Shown here piece after piece: positions 1 to 9,450 of a stretch of DNA of 32,823 nt (position 1 is the stretch's first letter; the number at the start of each line of letters is the position of its first letter). The stretch is from positions 1-32,823 of the forward strand of contig CAUORV010000001.1 in assembly GCA_963507085.1 (NCBI GenBank), given 5' to 3'. A program made the position numbers and the translations under genes. A model generated the notes under the pieces. That model was not told where the DNA came from. It saw nothing but the letters and a program-made list of their open reading frames with translations, and made no database searches. This DNA is from an uncultured Atopobium sp. (GTDB lineage: Bacteria; Actinomycetota; Coriobacteriia; Coriobacteriales; Atopobiaceae).

Positions 1-441
1 AATTGCCTCTTCGTCGGTGACAACAATCAGGTCAATGTCTCTACCTGCGGCTGCGTTCTTCAGTGAGGTTTCAAGGTCCTCAGGACGATCAACTGACAGG
101 AAGCATGCATACTGTGGATCGACATAGCGCTGGGAGTACTGCTCAATATCTGGTGCGATGGTTGGATCGTAGACGATAGGCATGAACTCTTCAACATGCT
201 TAGAGAACAGGTTGTAGAACAGCGTGCGGTTCTCGGAGAAAAGCCTCATGAGATAGTGACGCTTTGTCTCGAGGTCAGGATATTGCTGGAAAAGCACGTA
301 TGCCTGCTCAGCTTGCTCCTCGATAGTCTGAATGTTTGGAGGTAGAAGTCCTACCAGGCCATACTTCTGACGCTCCTCCTGCGTAAAAGCGGTTCCCTTG
401 TTCAAAAATGGATCATTCAGTAGTTCAAAACCCGTCTTCAT
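1..441 (-). CDS. Malolactic enzyme / NAD-dependent malic enzyme, N-terminal part (runs off window start)
   Basis: Hand translation from ATG at 441 (RBS AAGGAGG upstream): MKTGFELLNDPFLNKGTAFTQEERQKYGLVGLLPP...MPIVYDPTIA...LIVVTD. NKGTAF, GLLPP and PIVYxPT are malic-enzyme family motifs. Absent from the ORF track because no stop lies in the window. Confidence 0.9.
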   Translation of the reverse strand, partial: MKTGFELLNDPFLNKGTAFTQEERQKYGLVGLLPPNIQTIEEQAEQAYVLFQQYPDLETKRHYLMRLFSENRTLFYNLFSKHVEEFMPIVYDPTIAPDIEQYSQRYVDPQYACFLSVDRPEDLETSLKNAAAGRDIDLIVVTDEEAI

Positions 442-484
442 GATGCCTCCTTAGCGCATCAGCTTTAATAATTGCCGTATTTGG

Positions 485-512
485 CGCAGATAGAATATGT
501 TTTCTATCTGCG
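485..512. promoter_or_regulatory. Inverted repeat upstream of the malolactic enzyme gene (possible operator or hairpin)
   Basis: CGCAGATAGAA-tatgtt-TTCTATCTGCG, perfect 11-bp arms, about 45 nt upstream of the minus-strand ATG. Function is inferred. Confidence 0.45.
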
Positions 513-635
513 ATAACAATACCCATATTCTGTTACGTATTTACGAGAATTAGAAGAAATCCCCTTCTTTTTTTGAAAAATTTTCTTGCTAAACATATAT
601 GTTCACCTGTGCATATATATATTTGGTCAAACTGA

Positions 636-677
636 CAAGGTGATGTTTTCAAATCCCAAGGTGATGTTTTCTAATCC
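636..677. repeat. Tandem 21-bp direct repeat (2 copies)
   Basis: CAAGGTGATGTTTTCAAATCC / CAAGGTGATGTTTTCTAATCC, 1 mismatch. Confidence 0.85.
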
Positions 678-1072
678 TTTTGCAAGAATCGTTTTAACGG
701 AGAAATGTAAGACAGAATTAATGCCAACTGCGGTTTTGCTGAGCGCTTGTCATGCAGGTGGTAAAAAATACGTTTAGTTGGAATATGCAGTAGCGACTAG
801 TTTTTATGCAAGCCATTTAACTGCGGTTTTGTTACGGATAAAAATAGCAAAATATGGACACTTTTTGTCACCTGCGCAAACGCAAGTTAGGAATTTCCGT
901 GATTGCGATTTGACTTCCAACTAAACGGATTTTTTACCCAAAAGAGGGGTCTAATTTTGGTGAGTCAAATTGTTGATACAAAACTCCGCATAAATAAGGT
1001 GGAATATGCAATTTTCTCGGGTGATTGGATGTCGCTCGGTCAATTGGATAGTGGTCGGCCCTCAAAGCGACG

Positions 1073-1903
1073 TTATTTCACTACAACAGCACCTCCAGGA
1101 AGCGCAATATCCGCATCAGTTGCAATTAAGAGATTGTTGCCTGGTGTTTTAGGAGTATCAGGCCACTCGGGCACATACGCGACGTGCGCAAACTCGTGCG
1201 CAAACACGTCTGCGACCTGCGAAAGCAGCGCAGATCCACGGCCTTCTAGTGGACAGCGAACATCGGCCAGATATACTCCGCCAGCTGCAAGTTTTTCTTT
1301 AACCACTTGCGCGCCAGCCGCTGTTCCCAGAGGTCCAAGCGACTTCCGACCAGCAAACACTTCGTTTACCAGCACGTCAATGCTGCCGGCTTCTGCGTCT
1401 TGCAACACCCTCCAAGCATCATCTTCGATAACACGCAGCTCGCTTGAAGCCGCAGCTTGAGCTTCGTCCAAAAAGAAATGCTCGCGCGCAAGCGAAACAA
1501 TCTTTGGATCAATCTCAATCGCCTCAATGGTAGCGCCTCTCATGTGCGTGGCCAGGTACTTTGGCAGCGAGAAACCTCCGCCGCCCAGAATCACAACGCG
1601 ACCCTGCGGAGCCACCTGCTGGATAAGCTGCGCCATCATGCGGTGATAGTGAATGCAAAGTTCAAAGCGCAGCTCAGACGCAATATAGCTCACGGACTGG
1701 AACGTACCGTTAACGTTGAGCAACCTGATGGGCGTACCGTCGGCGTCCTCGGAGTCAAAAATCATCGTGAGGCCAAATTTTGTACGCGTCACAAAAACGC
1801 CTCGAGCGCGCAGAATTAACAGAAATAGCTGGTAAATGCCAATAACGGCAAGCCCCGCTACGGTCGACCAGATAAAAAATGTCCAAAAATCATGTAAGAC
1901 CAT
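1073..1903 (-). CDS. Spermidine-synthase-like class I SAM-dependent methyltransferase with N-terminal membrane anchor
   Basis: 276 aa. N-terminal hydrophobic helix, then RLLNVNGTFQS, VVILGGGGFSLP (motif I), IEIDP, IEDDA and KLAAGGVYL, typical of the spermidine-synthase-like fold. Confidence 0.8.
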   Translation of the reverse strand: MVLHDFWTFFIWSTVAGLAVIGIYQLFLLILRARGVFVTRTKFGLTMIFDSEDADGTPIRLLNVNGTFQSVSYIASELRFELCIHYHRMMAQLIQQVAPQGRVVILGGGGFSLPKYLATHMRGATIEAIEIDPKIVSLAREHFFLDEAQAAASSELRVIEDDAWRVLQDAEAGSIDVLVNEVFAGRKSLGPLGTAAGAQVVKEKLAAGGVYLADVRCPLEGRGSALLSQVADVFAHEFAHVAYVPEWPDTPKTPGNNLLIATDADIALPGGAVVVK

Positions 1904-1912
1904 GTTAATTCC

Positions 1913-1941
1913 TTGTTAGTAAGGTTTCCCTCGGTTATACT
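1913..1941 (+). promoter_or_regulatory. Putative sigma70 promoter for tatA-greA
   Basis: TTGTTA-17 nt-TATACT. Confidence 0.45.
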
Positions 1942-1999
1942 AGCCGATACGGCGTTTTTTCTGAACGCTTTTACAGGAAAAGATTTTCTGGGGGTTTAT

Positions 2000-2209
2000 A
2001 TGATTTTAGGACTTGGTATTCCTGAGCTTCTGATTATTGTTGTCATTGTTATGGTCCTCTTTGGACCTAAGAACCTTCCAAAGCTCGGCAAGGCTGTCGG
2101 CGAGACCGTCAAGAGCGTTCGCGAGGGCATGGAGTCTGAGACCAAGGAAGAAGCCAAGGAGCCAGAGGCTGAGGTTGTTGAGGACGAAGAGTCCAAAAAG
2201 GCTGAGTAG
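2000..2209 (+). CDS. tatA: Twin-arginine translocase subunit TatA/E
   Basis: MILGLGIPELLIIVVIVMVLFGPKNLPKLGKAVG: single TM helix, FG hinge, amphipathic helix and acidic tail. ATG at 2000 preferred over TTG at 1913. Confidence 0.9.
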   Translation: MILGLGIPELLIIVVIVMVLFGPKNLPKLGKAVGETVKSVREGMESETKEEAKEPEAEVVEDEESKKAE

Positions 2210-2258
2210 CCCCATCTCACGCGTATAGACCGACTGACCCATCAACAGAAAGAACACG

Positions 2259-2738
2259 ATGGACACTACTAAAGAGATTGTACTTACCCCAGAAGGCCGT
2301 CAGAAGCTTGTCGATGAGCTGGCTTATCGTGAGGGCGAGAAGCACGACGAGATTGTTGAGCGCATCAAAGAGGCTCGTGGTTTTGGTGACCTTTCTGAGA
2401 ACTCCGAGTATGACGCAGCAAAAGAAGAGCAGTCTCACAACGAGTCCCGCATCAACGAGATTCGTCAGATTCTCTCTGTCGCAAAGGTTGTCGAGGGCGG
2501 CAGTAAGCGCAATGTTACCGTTGCAATTGGTACAACCGTTGAGCTTGCTGATGCAAAAGGCAAGACAACTAAGTATGTAATTGTTGGTACTACTGAGACT
2601 AACTCCCTTGAGCACAAGATCTCTAACGAGTCCCCAGCTGGCGAGGCTCTTATTGGTCACAAGAAGGGCGACGAGGTTGAATTCACCACGCCAAATGGCA
2701 AGGTGAAGAAGTACACCATTACCTCTATTACTCGCTAG
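2259..2738 (+). CDS. greA: Transcription elongation factor GreA
   Basis: 159 aa with the signature GDLSENSEYDAAK and ISNESPAGEALIG. Confidence 0.97.
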   Translation: MDTTKEIVLTPEGRQKLVDELAYREGEKHDEIVERIKEARGFGDLSENSEYDAAKEEQSHNESRINEIRQILSVAKVVEGGSKRNVTVAIGTTVELADAKGKTTKYVIVGTTETNSLEHKISNESPAGEALIGHKKGDEVEFTTPNGKVKKYTITSITR

Positions 2739-2760
2739 ACTGGCACAAAAGATTTTTGGT

Positions 2761-2792
2761 CGCCCCGTGTCTGTCTGGCGCGGGGCGTTTTT
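2761..2792 (+). terminator. Intrinsic terminator-like hairpin after greA
   Basis: CGCCCCG...CGGGGCG followed by TTTTT. Confidence 0.6.
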
Positions 2793-2805
2793 ACGTGGAG
2801 GATAC

Positions 2806-4410
2806 ATGTCCGAAGTAGAGAACAACATCGCTGGTAGCTCGGTCGCCGCAGAGAACGCTGCCGCAACCAGCGCAGAGAACGCTGCTGCAACCGGCGCCGA
2901 CGCAACCGAAGCCACCCCAGAGGCTTCCATCAACGACGAGCGCGCCCAGCGCAAAGCTCGTCGCCAGGCACTGCTTGACGCCGGCGTTGACCCATACCCA
3001 ATCAAGTCAACTGTCACCGCTCACGTCGCTGAGCTGGAGGAACGCTACGCTGACCTCGAGGATGGCCAGACTGGCGAGGAAGTCTATTCCGTGGCCGGCC
3101 GCGTCCGCGCCATCCGCAACCAGGGCAAGATCGCGTTTGTCGTGGTAGAGGACTATACCGGCCAGATTCAGCTTTTCTGTCGCATCAACAACCTTGACGA
3201 GAAGAACTGGGAGCTCCTGGGTCTTCTCGACCTTGGTGACATCATCGGCGCAACCGGCGCTATCATGCGCACGCGCCGCGGCCAGCTTTCCCTGGCAGTC
3301 ACCTCGCTGGAGGTCCTCTCCAAGTCTCTGCGTCCTCTACCTGAGAAGTTCCACGGCCTCACCGACCGCGAGGTTCGTTATCGCCAGCGCTACGTTGACC
3401 TCATTATGAATCCCGAGGTCCGCGACGTATTCCGCAAGCGTTCCCAGATCATCTCCATTATCCGCCAGTTCATGGAGGCGGACGGCTACATGGAGGTTGA
3501 GACCCCTGTTCTCCAGGAGATTCTTGGCGGCGCAAACGCGAAGCCATTTATCACGCACTACAACGCTTTGAACACCGAGAACTACCTGCGTATTGCAACC
3601 GAGCTCCCGCTCAAGCGCCTGCTTGTCGGCGGTCTTGAGCGCGTCTACGAGCTTGGTCGCCAGTTCAGAAACGAGGGCACCGACCTCACGCACAACCCAG
3701 AGTTCACTTCCATGGAGGCATACGCCGCCTACTCTGACCTGGCCGGCATGCGTGAGCTGTCCCAGAACCTCTTCCAGGAGATTGCCCGCAAAGCTTGCGG
3801 CTGCGAGGAGGGCCACGAGGTCATCACCTACCAGGGCACCGAGGTTGACCTTTCCGGCAACTGGCGCGTCGCATCCCTGGCAGAGATTGCGTCCGAGGTC
3901 ACCGGCGAGGAGCTCTCCATTGACACCCCTGTCGAGAAACTCCGCGCAGTCCTGGACCGCTACGAGATTGAGTGGAACCCAGAGTGGCAGGCTGGCAAGC
4001 TGCTGTTTGAGATCTACGACGAGCTTGGCGAGAAGAGCATCGTAAACCCAACCTTTGTCTGCGATTATCCTGCAGAGGTTTCTCCACTCACCAAGCGCAA
4101 GGCAGACGACCCTCGTCTGACCGACCGCTTTGAGCTCATTATTTGCGGCGCCGAGTACGCAAATGCATACTCCGAGCTCAACGACCCTGTTGACCAGGAA
4201 GAGCGCTTTGCCGCCCAGATGGAGGCCAAGCGCCAGGGTGACGAAGAGGCCATGGAGTACGATTACGACTTCATCCGCGCACTTGAGTACGGTATGCCAC
4301 CAGCGGGCGGCATCGGCTACGGCATCGACCGCATGATGATGCTCTTCTGCGATCAGCCTTCTATCCGCGACGTCCTTCTTTTCCCACAGCTCAAGCCCGA
4401 GAAGCGCTAG
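2806..4410 (+). CDS. lysS: Lysine--tRNA ligase (class II)
   Basis: RPLPEKFHGL, RYRQRYVDL, YLRIATEL, FRNEG, HNPEFT and YGMPPAGGIGYGIDR. Start placed at ATG 2806 after GGAGG. Confidence 0.97.
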   Translation: MSEVENNIAGSSVAAENAAATSAENAAATGADATEATPEASINDERAQRKARRQALLDAGVDPYPIKSTVTAHVAELEERYADLEDGQTGEEVYSVAGRVRAIRNQGKIAFVVVEDYTGQIQLFCRINNLDEKNWELLGLLDLGDIIGATGAIMRTRRGQLSLAVTSLEVLSKSLRPLPEKFHGLTDREVRYRQRYVDLIMNPEVRDVFRKRSQIISIIRQFMEADGYMEVETPVLQEILGGANAKPFITHYNALNTENYLRIATELPLKRLLVGGLERVYELGRQFRNEGTDLTHNPEFTSMEAYAAYSDLAGMRELSQNLFQEIARKACGCEEGHEVITYQGTEVDLSGNWRVASLAEIASEVTGEELSIDTPVEKLRAVLDRYEIEWNPEWQAGKLLFEIYDELGEKSIVNPTFVCDYPAEVSPLTKRKADDPRLTDRFELIICGAEYANAYSELNDPVDQEERFAAQMEAKRQGDEEAMEYDYDFIRALEYGMPPAGGIGYGIDRMMMLFCDQPSIRDVLLFPQLKPEKR

Positions 4411-4454
4411 GAGCTTGGAACTTTAGCTGCCTAGGCGCAGCGCATAAACGCATC

Positions 4455-4491
4455 AGCCCGGTATCCGCTTGTTGCAGGTACCGGGCTTTTT
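4455..4491 (+). terminator. Intrinsic terminator after lysS
   Basis: AGCCCGGTA...TACCGGGCT followed by a T run. Confidence 0.75.
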
Positions 4492-4649
4492 GTGTGCGGC
4501 AACGCGGTCTTCTCGGCAGCACGGGTTTCTCGCCCGACGTTTGTGTGGTTCGTACGGAGGAGAAAAATCCAACGCGAGTCGTATGTTTGCAGAGCCTTCT
4601 GATGGGTATAAATCAGAAATATATAGAGAGTTTTGAGAGGTTTCAGCAC

Positions 4650-7280
4650 ATGTTTGATAAATTCACTGACAGAGCGCGTAAAGTCATGAGCCTGGCTCAG
4701 GACGAGGCTCGCGGTCTTGGCCAGATGTATGTTGGTACCGAGCACCTGCTACTTGCTCTCATCAAAGAGGGGGAGGGCATTGCTGCTCAAGCTCTGGCTA
4801 AGCTGGAGGTCTCGTATGACGAGGCTCTGGCAACCGTAAAAGAGCTCACCACGGGCGCAGGAGACCCTATTCCTGGCGGCCACATTCCGTTTACTCCTCG
4901 CGCAAAACGCGTGCTTGAGGACGCGTACAGAGAAACTATGACCCACGGTCAAAGCTATATCGCAACAGAGCACCTGCTTTTGGGCATTGTGTCCGAGGGT
5001 AATGGTCGCGCTATGGATGCCCTGCGTACCATGGGTGTCTCGGGCGACGCGGTAAGAAACGCCGTTGATGAGCTGGTTACTCAGACTCCAGATGATGCAC
5101 CTGCTGGCCCTCGTATGGCAGAGCCTCGCATTGAGGGTGGCATCTTTGGCATGCCTGTAGGCGCTGGTCAGATGCGTCCTAACGCAAACGACGATGCTTC
5201 TATGCTGGAGCAGTTTGGCCGCAACCTTACCAAGCTTGCCGCAGATAAAAAGCTTGACCCCGTCATTGGTCGTGACCGCGAGATTGAGCGTGTCATGCAG
5301 GTTCTTGCACGTCGCCAGAAGAACAACCCACTTATCCTGGGCGATCCTGGTGTTGGCAAGACTGCCATTGTTGAGGGCCTGGCTCAGCTCATTGCTTCTG
5401 GCAATGTTCCTGATATCCTGCGCGGAAAGCAGGTTTGGACGCTTGACCTGGCAAGTCTGGTAGCTGGTTCTAAGTATCGCGGTGAGTTTGAGGACCGCAT
5501 GAAGAAGGTTGTTGCTGAGCTGGAGAAATCCAAGAACGACATCCTCTTCATCGACGAGATTCACACCGTCATTGGCGCCGGCTCCGCAGAGGGTTCCATC
5601 GATGCCGCATCCATCTTAAAGCCACCGCTGTCTCGTGGAGAAATCCAGGTCATCGGCGCAACTACGGCAGAAGAGTACCGTAAACATGTCGAGAAGGACG
5701 CCGCATTTGAGAGGCGTTTCCAGCCAGTCAACATCGGCGAGCCAAACAACGACGACACCATTTCTATCATCCACGGTCTTCAAGATCGCTACGAGAAGCA
5801 CCATCACGTCCACTACACTGAAGCTGCCATCAAGGCTGCTGTTGCGCTTTCTAGCCGCTACATCCAGGACCGTTTCTTGCCAGACAAGGCCATTGACGTC
5901 CTCGATGAGGCTGGCGCTCGCGCACGCATCCACAAGATGAGCCTTCCACCAGAGATTGCCCAGGTAGACGCAGATCTTCTCCGCGTTCGCACCCAGAAGT
6001 CTGAGGCAGCAAGCGCTCAGGAGTTTGAGCAAGCAGCTCGTCTGCGTGACCAGGAGAAGTCTCTGGTAGCAGAGAGGGATCGCCTGGAGACTGAGTGGCG
6101 TGAGCAGCTGGACAAGAACATCGTTACCGTTGACGAGGACGATATTGCAAAGGTTGTCTCTGGCATCACCGGTGTTCCTGTTTCCAACCTCACCGAGACT
6201 GAGGCTTCAAGGCTACTTCGTACAGAAGACATACTTCACCAGCGCGTTGTTGGTCAGGACGAGGCTGTTGTTAAGGTTGCAAAGGCAATCCGCAGAAGCC
6301 GCAGTCCTCTTAAGGATCCTAAGCGTCCTGGTGGCTCCTTCATCTTCTTGGGACCTTCCGGCGTAGGTAAGACTGAGCTTGCAAAAGCCCTGGCAGAGTT
6401 CCTGTTTGGCTCCGAAGATGCCCTGCTTTCGTATGATATGTCCGAGTACATGGAGCGCCACACCGTGGCCAAGCTGGTCGGTGCACCTCCAGGATATGTT
6501 GGCTACGATGAGGGCGGCGAGCTCACTAAGGCTGTTCGTCGTCGTCCGTACTCTGTCCTGCTCTTTGATGAGATTGAGAAGGCACATCCAGACGTCTTCA
6601 ACATCTTGCTGCAGATTCTGGACGAGGGCCGCTTGACTGATGGTCAAGGCCGTCACGTGGACTTCTCCAACACGGTTGTCATCATGACCTCCAACATTGG
6701 TGCTCGCGAGATTGCCCGCACCAACACTATGGGCTTCTCGTCAGAGGGTTCTAAGGGTCTCTCCGACAAAGAGATTACCAGCCGTGTTATGTCTGAGCTT
6801 AAGCGTGGATTCCGTCCTGAGTTCTTGAACCGCGTGGATGAGATTGTTGTCTTCAAGTCGCTCTCTACCGAGCAGCTTCGTGGCATTGTTGACCTCATGG
6901 TTCTTGATCTGCGCGATCGCCTGATTGCCAATGGAATGTCTATTGAGCTCACCGAGGCAGCAAAGGACCTGATTGCCAAAGACGGCACCGATCCTGTCTA
7001 CGGTGCTCGCCCACTGCGTCGCACCATTCAGTCGATGATTGAAGATCCACTGTCTGAGGAGCTTCTCTCTGGTCAGTGGACTGCAGGCGACATTGTTGCT
7101 GTTGACGTTGACGCTGAGGGCAAGAAGCTTGTGTTCGCCAAGACCACGGGCGTTATCCCTGAGCCTCGCAAGAAAGAGACCATGGCGCAGCTTGACCAGA
7201 TGGATGTCAGCATGGGTCCATCCTCGCTGCCGCAGGGTAGTGCAGGCGGCTCGTCCGACCTGATGTCCTCCGCTGAGTAA
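4650..7280 (+). CDS. clpC: ATP-dependent Clp protease ATP-binding subunit ClpC
   Basis: [10 protein letters not shown] start with Clp_N repeats (TEHLLL x2). Two AAA+ modules ([14 protein letters not shown] and [15 protein letters not shown]), UVR-type M domain ([11 protein letters not shown]), MGF loop, GARPLRR. Confidence 0.95.
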   Translation: MFDKFTDRARKVMSLAQDEARGLGQMYVGTEHLLLALIKEGEGIAAQALAKLEVSYDEALATVKELTTGAGDPIPGGHIPFTPRAKRVLEDAYRETMTHGQSYIATEHLLLGIVSEGNGRAMDALRTMGVSGDAVRNAVDELVTQTPDDAPAGPRMAEPRIEGGIFGMPVGAGQMRPNANDDASMLEQFGRNLTKLAADKKLDPVIGRDREIERVMQVLARRQKNNPLILGDPGVGKTAIVEGLAQLIASGNVPDILRGKQVWTLDLASLVAGSKYRGEFEDRMKKVVAELEKSKNDILFIDEIHTVIGAGSAEGSIDAASILKPPLSRGEIQVIGATTAEEYRKHVEKDAAFERRFQPVNIGEPNNDDTISIIHGLQDRYEKHHHVHYTEAAIKAAVALSSRYIQDRFLPDKAIDVLDEAGARARIHKMSLPPEIAQVDADLLRVRTQKSEAASAQEFEQAARLRDQEKSLVAERDRLETEWREQLDKNIVTVDEDDIAKVVSGITGVPVSNLTETEASRLLRTEDILHQRVVGQDEAVVKVAKAIRRSRSPLKDPKRPGGSFIFLGPSGVGKTELAKALAEFLFGSEDALLSYDMSEYMERHTVAKLVGAPPGYVGYDEGGELTKAVRRRPYSVLLFDEIEKAHPDVFNILLQILDEGRLTDGQGRHVDFSNTVVIMTSNIGAREIARTNTMGFSSEGSKGLSDKEITSRVMSELKRGFRPEFLNRVDEIVVFKSLSTEQLRGIVDLMVLDLRDRLIANGMSIELTEAAKDLIAKDGTDPVYGARPLRRTIQSMIEDPLSEELLSGQWTAGDIVAVDVDAEGKKLVFAKTTGVIPEPRKKETMAQLDQMDVSMGPSSLPQGSAGGSSDLMSSAE

Positions 7281-7288
7281 GCAAGTTC

Positions 7289-7317
7289 TGACCCGAGGTT
7301 TTGCCTCGGGTCTTTTT
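7289..7317 (+). terminator. Intrinsic terminator after clpC
   Basis: GACCCGAGG-tttg-CCTCGGGTC followed by TTTTT. Confidence 0.8.
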
Positions 7318-7354
7318 GTATCGAGCTCACACGCGCAGTTCACCTGGCGAGAAA

Positions 7355-7413
7355 CCCGTCGAGCAGGCCGCCCATCCACCCGTCGAGCAGGCCACCCAGC
7401 GCCCGTCGAGCAG
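7355..7413. repeat. Degenerate tandem repeat, ~23-24 bp period, 3 copies
   Basis: CCCGTCGAGCAG at 7355, 7379 and 7402. Confidence 0.8.
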
Positions 7414-7567
7414 ACCGCGAGGCACCCAGGCACCCGTCTTCTCTAAACCGTCACTACACGCGCCGGCAACAAAACCGTATACTTGAAACGTTGAAACAAA
7501 TTGAAGCCATAAACGTACAAGAAATGCAAAACACAGCCTGTAAGCTGCAAGTCATTGAGGGAGAGCC

Positions 7568-8647
7568 ATGGAGCCAACGCAACTTGATCCAAATGCAACA
7601 GAAAATGAGGACCGCATTGCCACAGCTCTAAAGATGACTGCTCCTGGTACGGCACTCCGCGTGGCGCTGGACATGATTATCGCTGGCCGCTTGGGCGCTC
7701 TCATTTGCGTGGGAGATACAGAAAACGTCCTTGCTGCGGGCGGAGATGGTTTCAAACTTGATGTTTCTTTCACAGCAAATCGATTGTTTGAGCTCTGCAA
7801 GATGGATGGCGCTGTGGTGGTGGACAAAGACCTCACCAGAATTCTGCGCGCCAACTTCCACCTCAATCCTGATGCAACGCTTCCAACTGCAGAAACAGGC
7901 ACTCGCCACCGTACTGCCGCTCGCATGAGCTTGCTCACCAAGGCAATTGTGATTGCAGTGTCTTCTCGCCGTTCGTTGATTACCGTCTACGTTGATGGTC
8001 ACGTTATTCCGCTGAAGTCAGTACCAGCCATTATGTCTACCGTCAACCAGCTTTCGGTTGCCATGCAAAATACGCGCCAGCAACTTGATCGTGCGCTTTT
8101 ACGCCTGACTGCTCTTGAGCTTGATAACTACGTCACTCTTGGTGATGTAGCAGGCATTTTCTACCTCTTTGAGGTTCTTTTCAGCGCTGCTGACCAGCTT
8201 GATTCTTGTCTTTTGGAGCTCGGTAGCGAGGGCAAAACCACCGCTATGCAGCGCGAGGAATATTTGGGCGGTATCGACGAGGCTTATAACCTGATGATTC
8301 GCGACTACGCTGTAGATTCTTCCGCTGAAGAGGCGCGCGCCATTCGCCGCCGCTTCCACGAGACAGCAAACACTGAGCTCCGCTCTGCAGAAAGTGTCGG
8401 CCAGATTCTTGGCTACTCCGATGGCCGCGGAGAAGATGCGTCCATGGAGCCTCTGGGCCTGCGCACGCTTTCCCGCGTTCACGTGGTCAACGATGAGATT
8501 GCGGCCAGAATTGTTGACGCCTACGATAACCTGCAGCAGCTGCTTCACGTTGCAGAAAACGATACATCCAGCCTCAAATCTCTGGGTGTCGAGAACCCCG
8601 GTGCACTTGCTAACAGTCTCCGCAGAATGTGGGGTAAGTCAGAATAA
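7568..8647 (+). CDS. disA: DNA integrity scanning diadenylate cyclase DisA
   Basis: APGTALR, catalytic DGA (KMDGAVV) and RHR (ETGTRHRTA) motifs, C-terminal HhH-like region, 359 aa. Confidence 0.93.
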   Translation: MEPTQLDPNATENEDRIATALKMTAPGTALRVALDMIIAGRLGALICVGDTENVLAAGGDGFKLDVSFTANRLFELCKMDGAVVVDKDLTRILRANFHLNPDATLPTAETGTRHRTAARMSLLTKAIVIAVSSRRSLITVYVDGHVIPLKSVPAIMSTVNQLSVAMQNTRQQLDRALLRLTALELDNYVTLGDVAGIFYLFEVLFSAADQLDSCLLELGSEGKTTAMQREEYLGGIDEAYNLMIRDYAVDSSAEEARAIRRRFHETANTELRSAESVGQILGYSDGRGEDASMEPLGLRTLSRVHVVNDEIAARIVDAYDNLQQLLHVAENDTSSLKSLGVENPGALANSLRRMWGKSE

Positions 8648-9450
8648 TGGCTGCAAGCAGCACCTGTGCAAAGGTCGTGTCAAAGCCACGTCCTTCTCGC
8701 CTCACAACTCATGGAGCAAAAGCCGATACCGTGGCCGTCATTGTGGCTGGCGGCATTGGCGAGCGCTTTGGATATCCTGACGGTAAGCAGTTTATTTCTG
8801 TTTGTGGTCTTCCGTTGATGAGCTGGTCAATCCTTGCGTTTGATCACGCGCCAAGCGTGGCTCACATTGTGATTGCTTGCTCTGACGAGAAACGCGCTGC
8901 AGTTCAAGAGAGTGTTTTGGGTAAGCTTGTGCTTCACAAGCCCGTGCACTTTGCAACGTCTGGTGCTACCAGACAGGAATCAGTTTACAACGCGCTCCAG
9001 GTAGTGCCCGCTGGATATGATTTTGTTTCTGTTCATGATGCGGTTCGTCCGCTCATTGAAGTAGAAACAATTGAGCAGGTCATTAGCACGGTTCGCAAGT
9101 CGCCTAAGATCGCGGGAGCAATTTTGGCTCACCGCGCAACTGATACGCTGAAGCGCGTAGATGGTGCAACCATTGTAGATACGCCTGACCGCTCAACGTT
9201 CTGGGCTGCTCAGACCCCTCAGGTGTTCAAGACACGCACACTTCTTGAAGCCCACGAAGTAGCTCGCCAGGAAGGTTACCAGGGAACCGATGACTCGTCG
9301 TTAGTTGAGCGACTAGGTCTTACGGTGTTGTGCGTTGAGTCGCAACGAGAAAACGTGAAGGTCACGTACCCGTCTGACCTTGCAATTGTTGAGGCTACGC
9401 TCAGCCGTCGCCTGGTAGAAGGCGCAACCGGAAGTGGGGCTGTAGAGTGA
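8647..9450 (+). CDS. ispD: 2-C-methyl-D-erythritol 4-phosphate cytidylyltransferase
   Basis: AGGIGERFG..KQF, GATRQESV, VHDAVRP, AQTPQVF, TDD, NVKVTYPSD. Confidence 0.95.
   Translation: MAASSTCAKVVSKPRPSRLTTHGAKADTVAVIVAGGIGERFGYPDGKQFISVCGLPLMSWSILAFDHAPSVAHIVIACSDEKRAAVQESVLGKLVLHKPVHFATSGATRQESVYNALQVVPAGYDFVSVHDAVRPLIEVETIEQVISTVRKSPKIAGAILAHRATDTLKRVDGATIVDTPDRSTFWAAQTPQVFKTRTLLEAHEVARQEGYQGTDDSSLVERLGLTVLCVESQRENVKVTYPSDLAIVEATLSRRLVEGATGSGAVE

Noticed and set aside
586..777. 63-aa ORF with repeated KVMFSNP
   Set aside because: TTG start without RBS; the peptide repeat only reflects the 21-bp DNA duplication.
4494..4649. Upstream extensions of track ORFs (clpC 4494, lysS 2767, cysS 11757, rplA 19563, rplJ 20646, rpoB 22574, tatA 1913)
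   Set aside because: Downstream starts match family N-termini and mostly have clear RBS. The extensions run through terminators, leaders or promoters.
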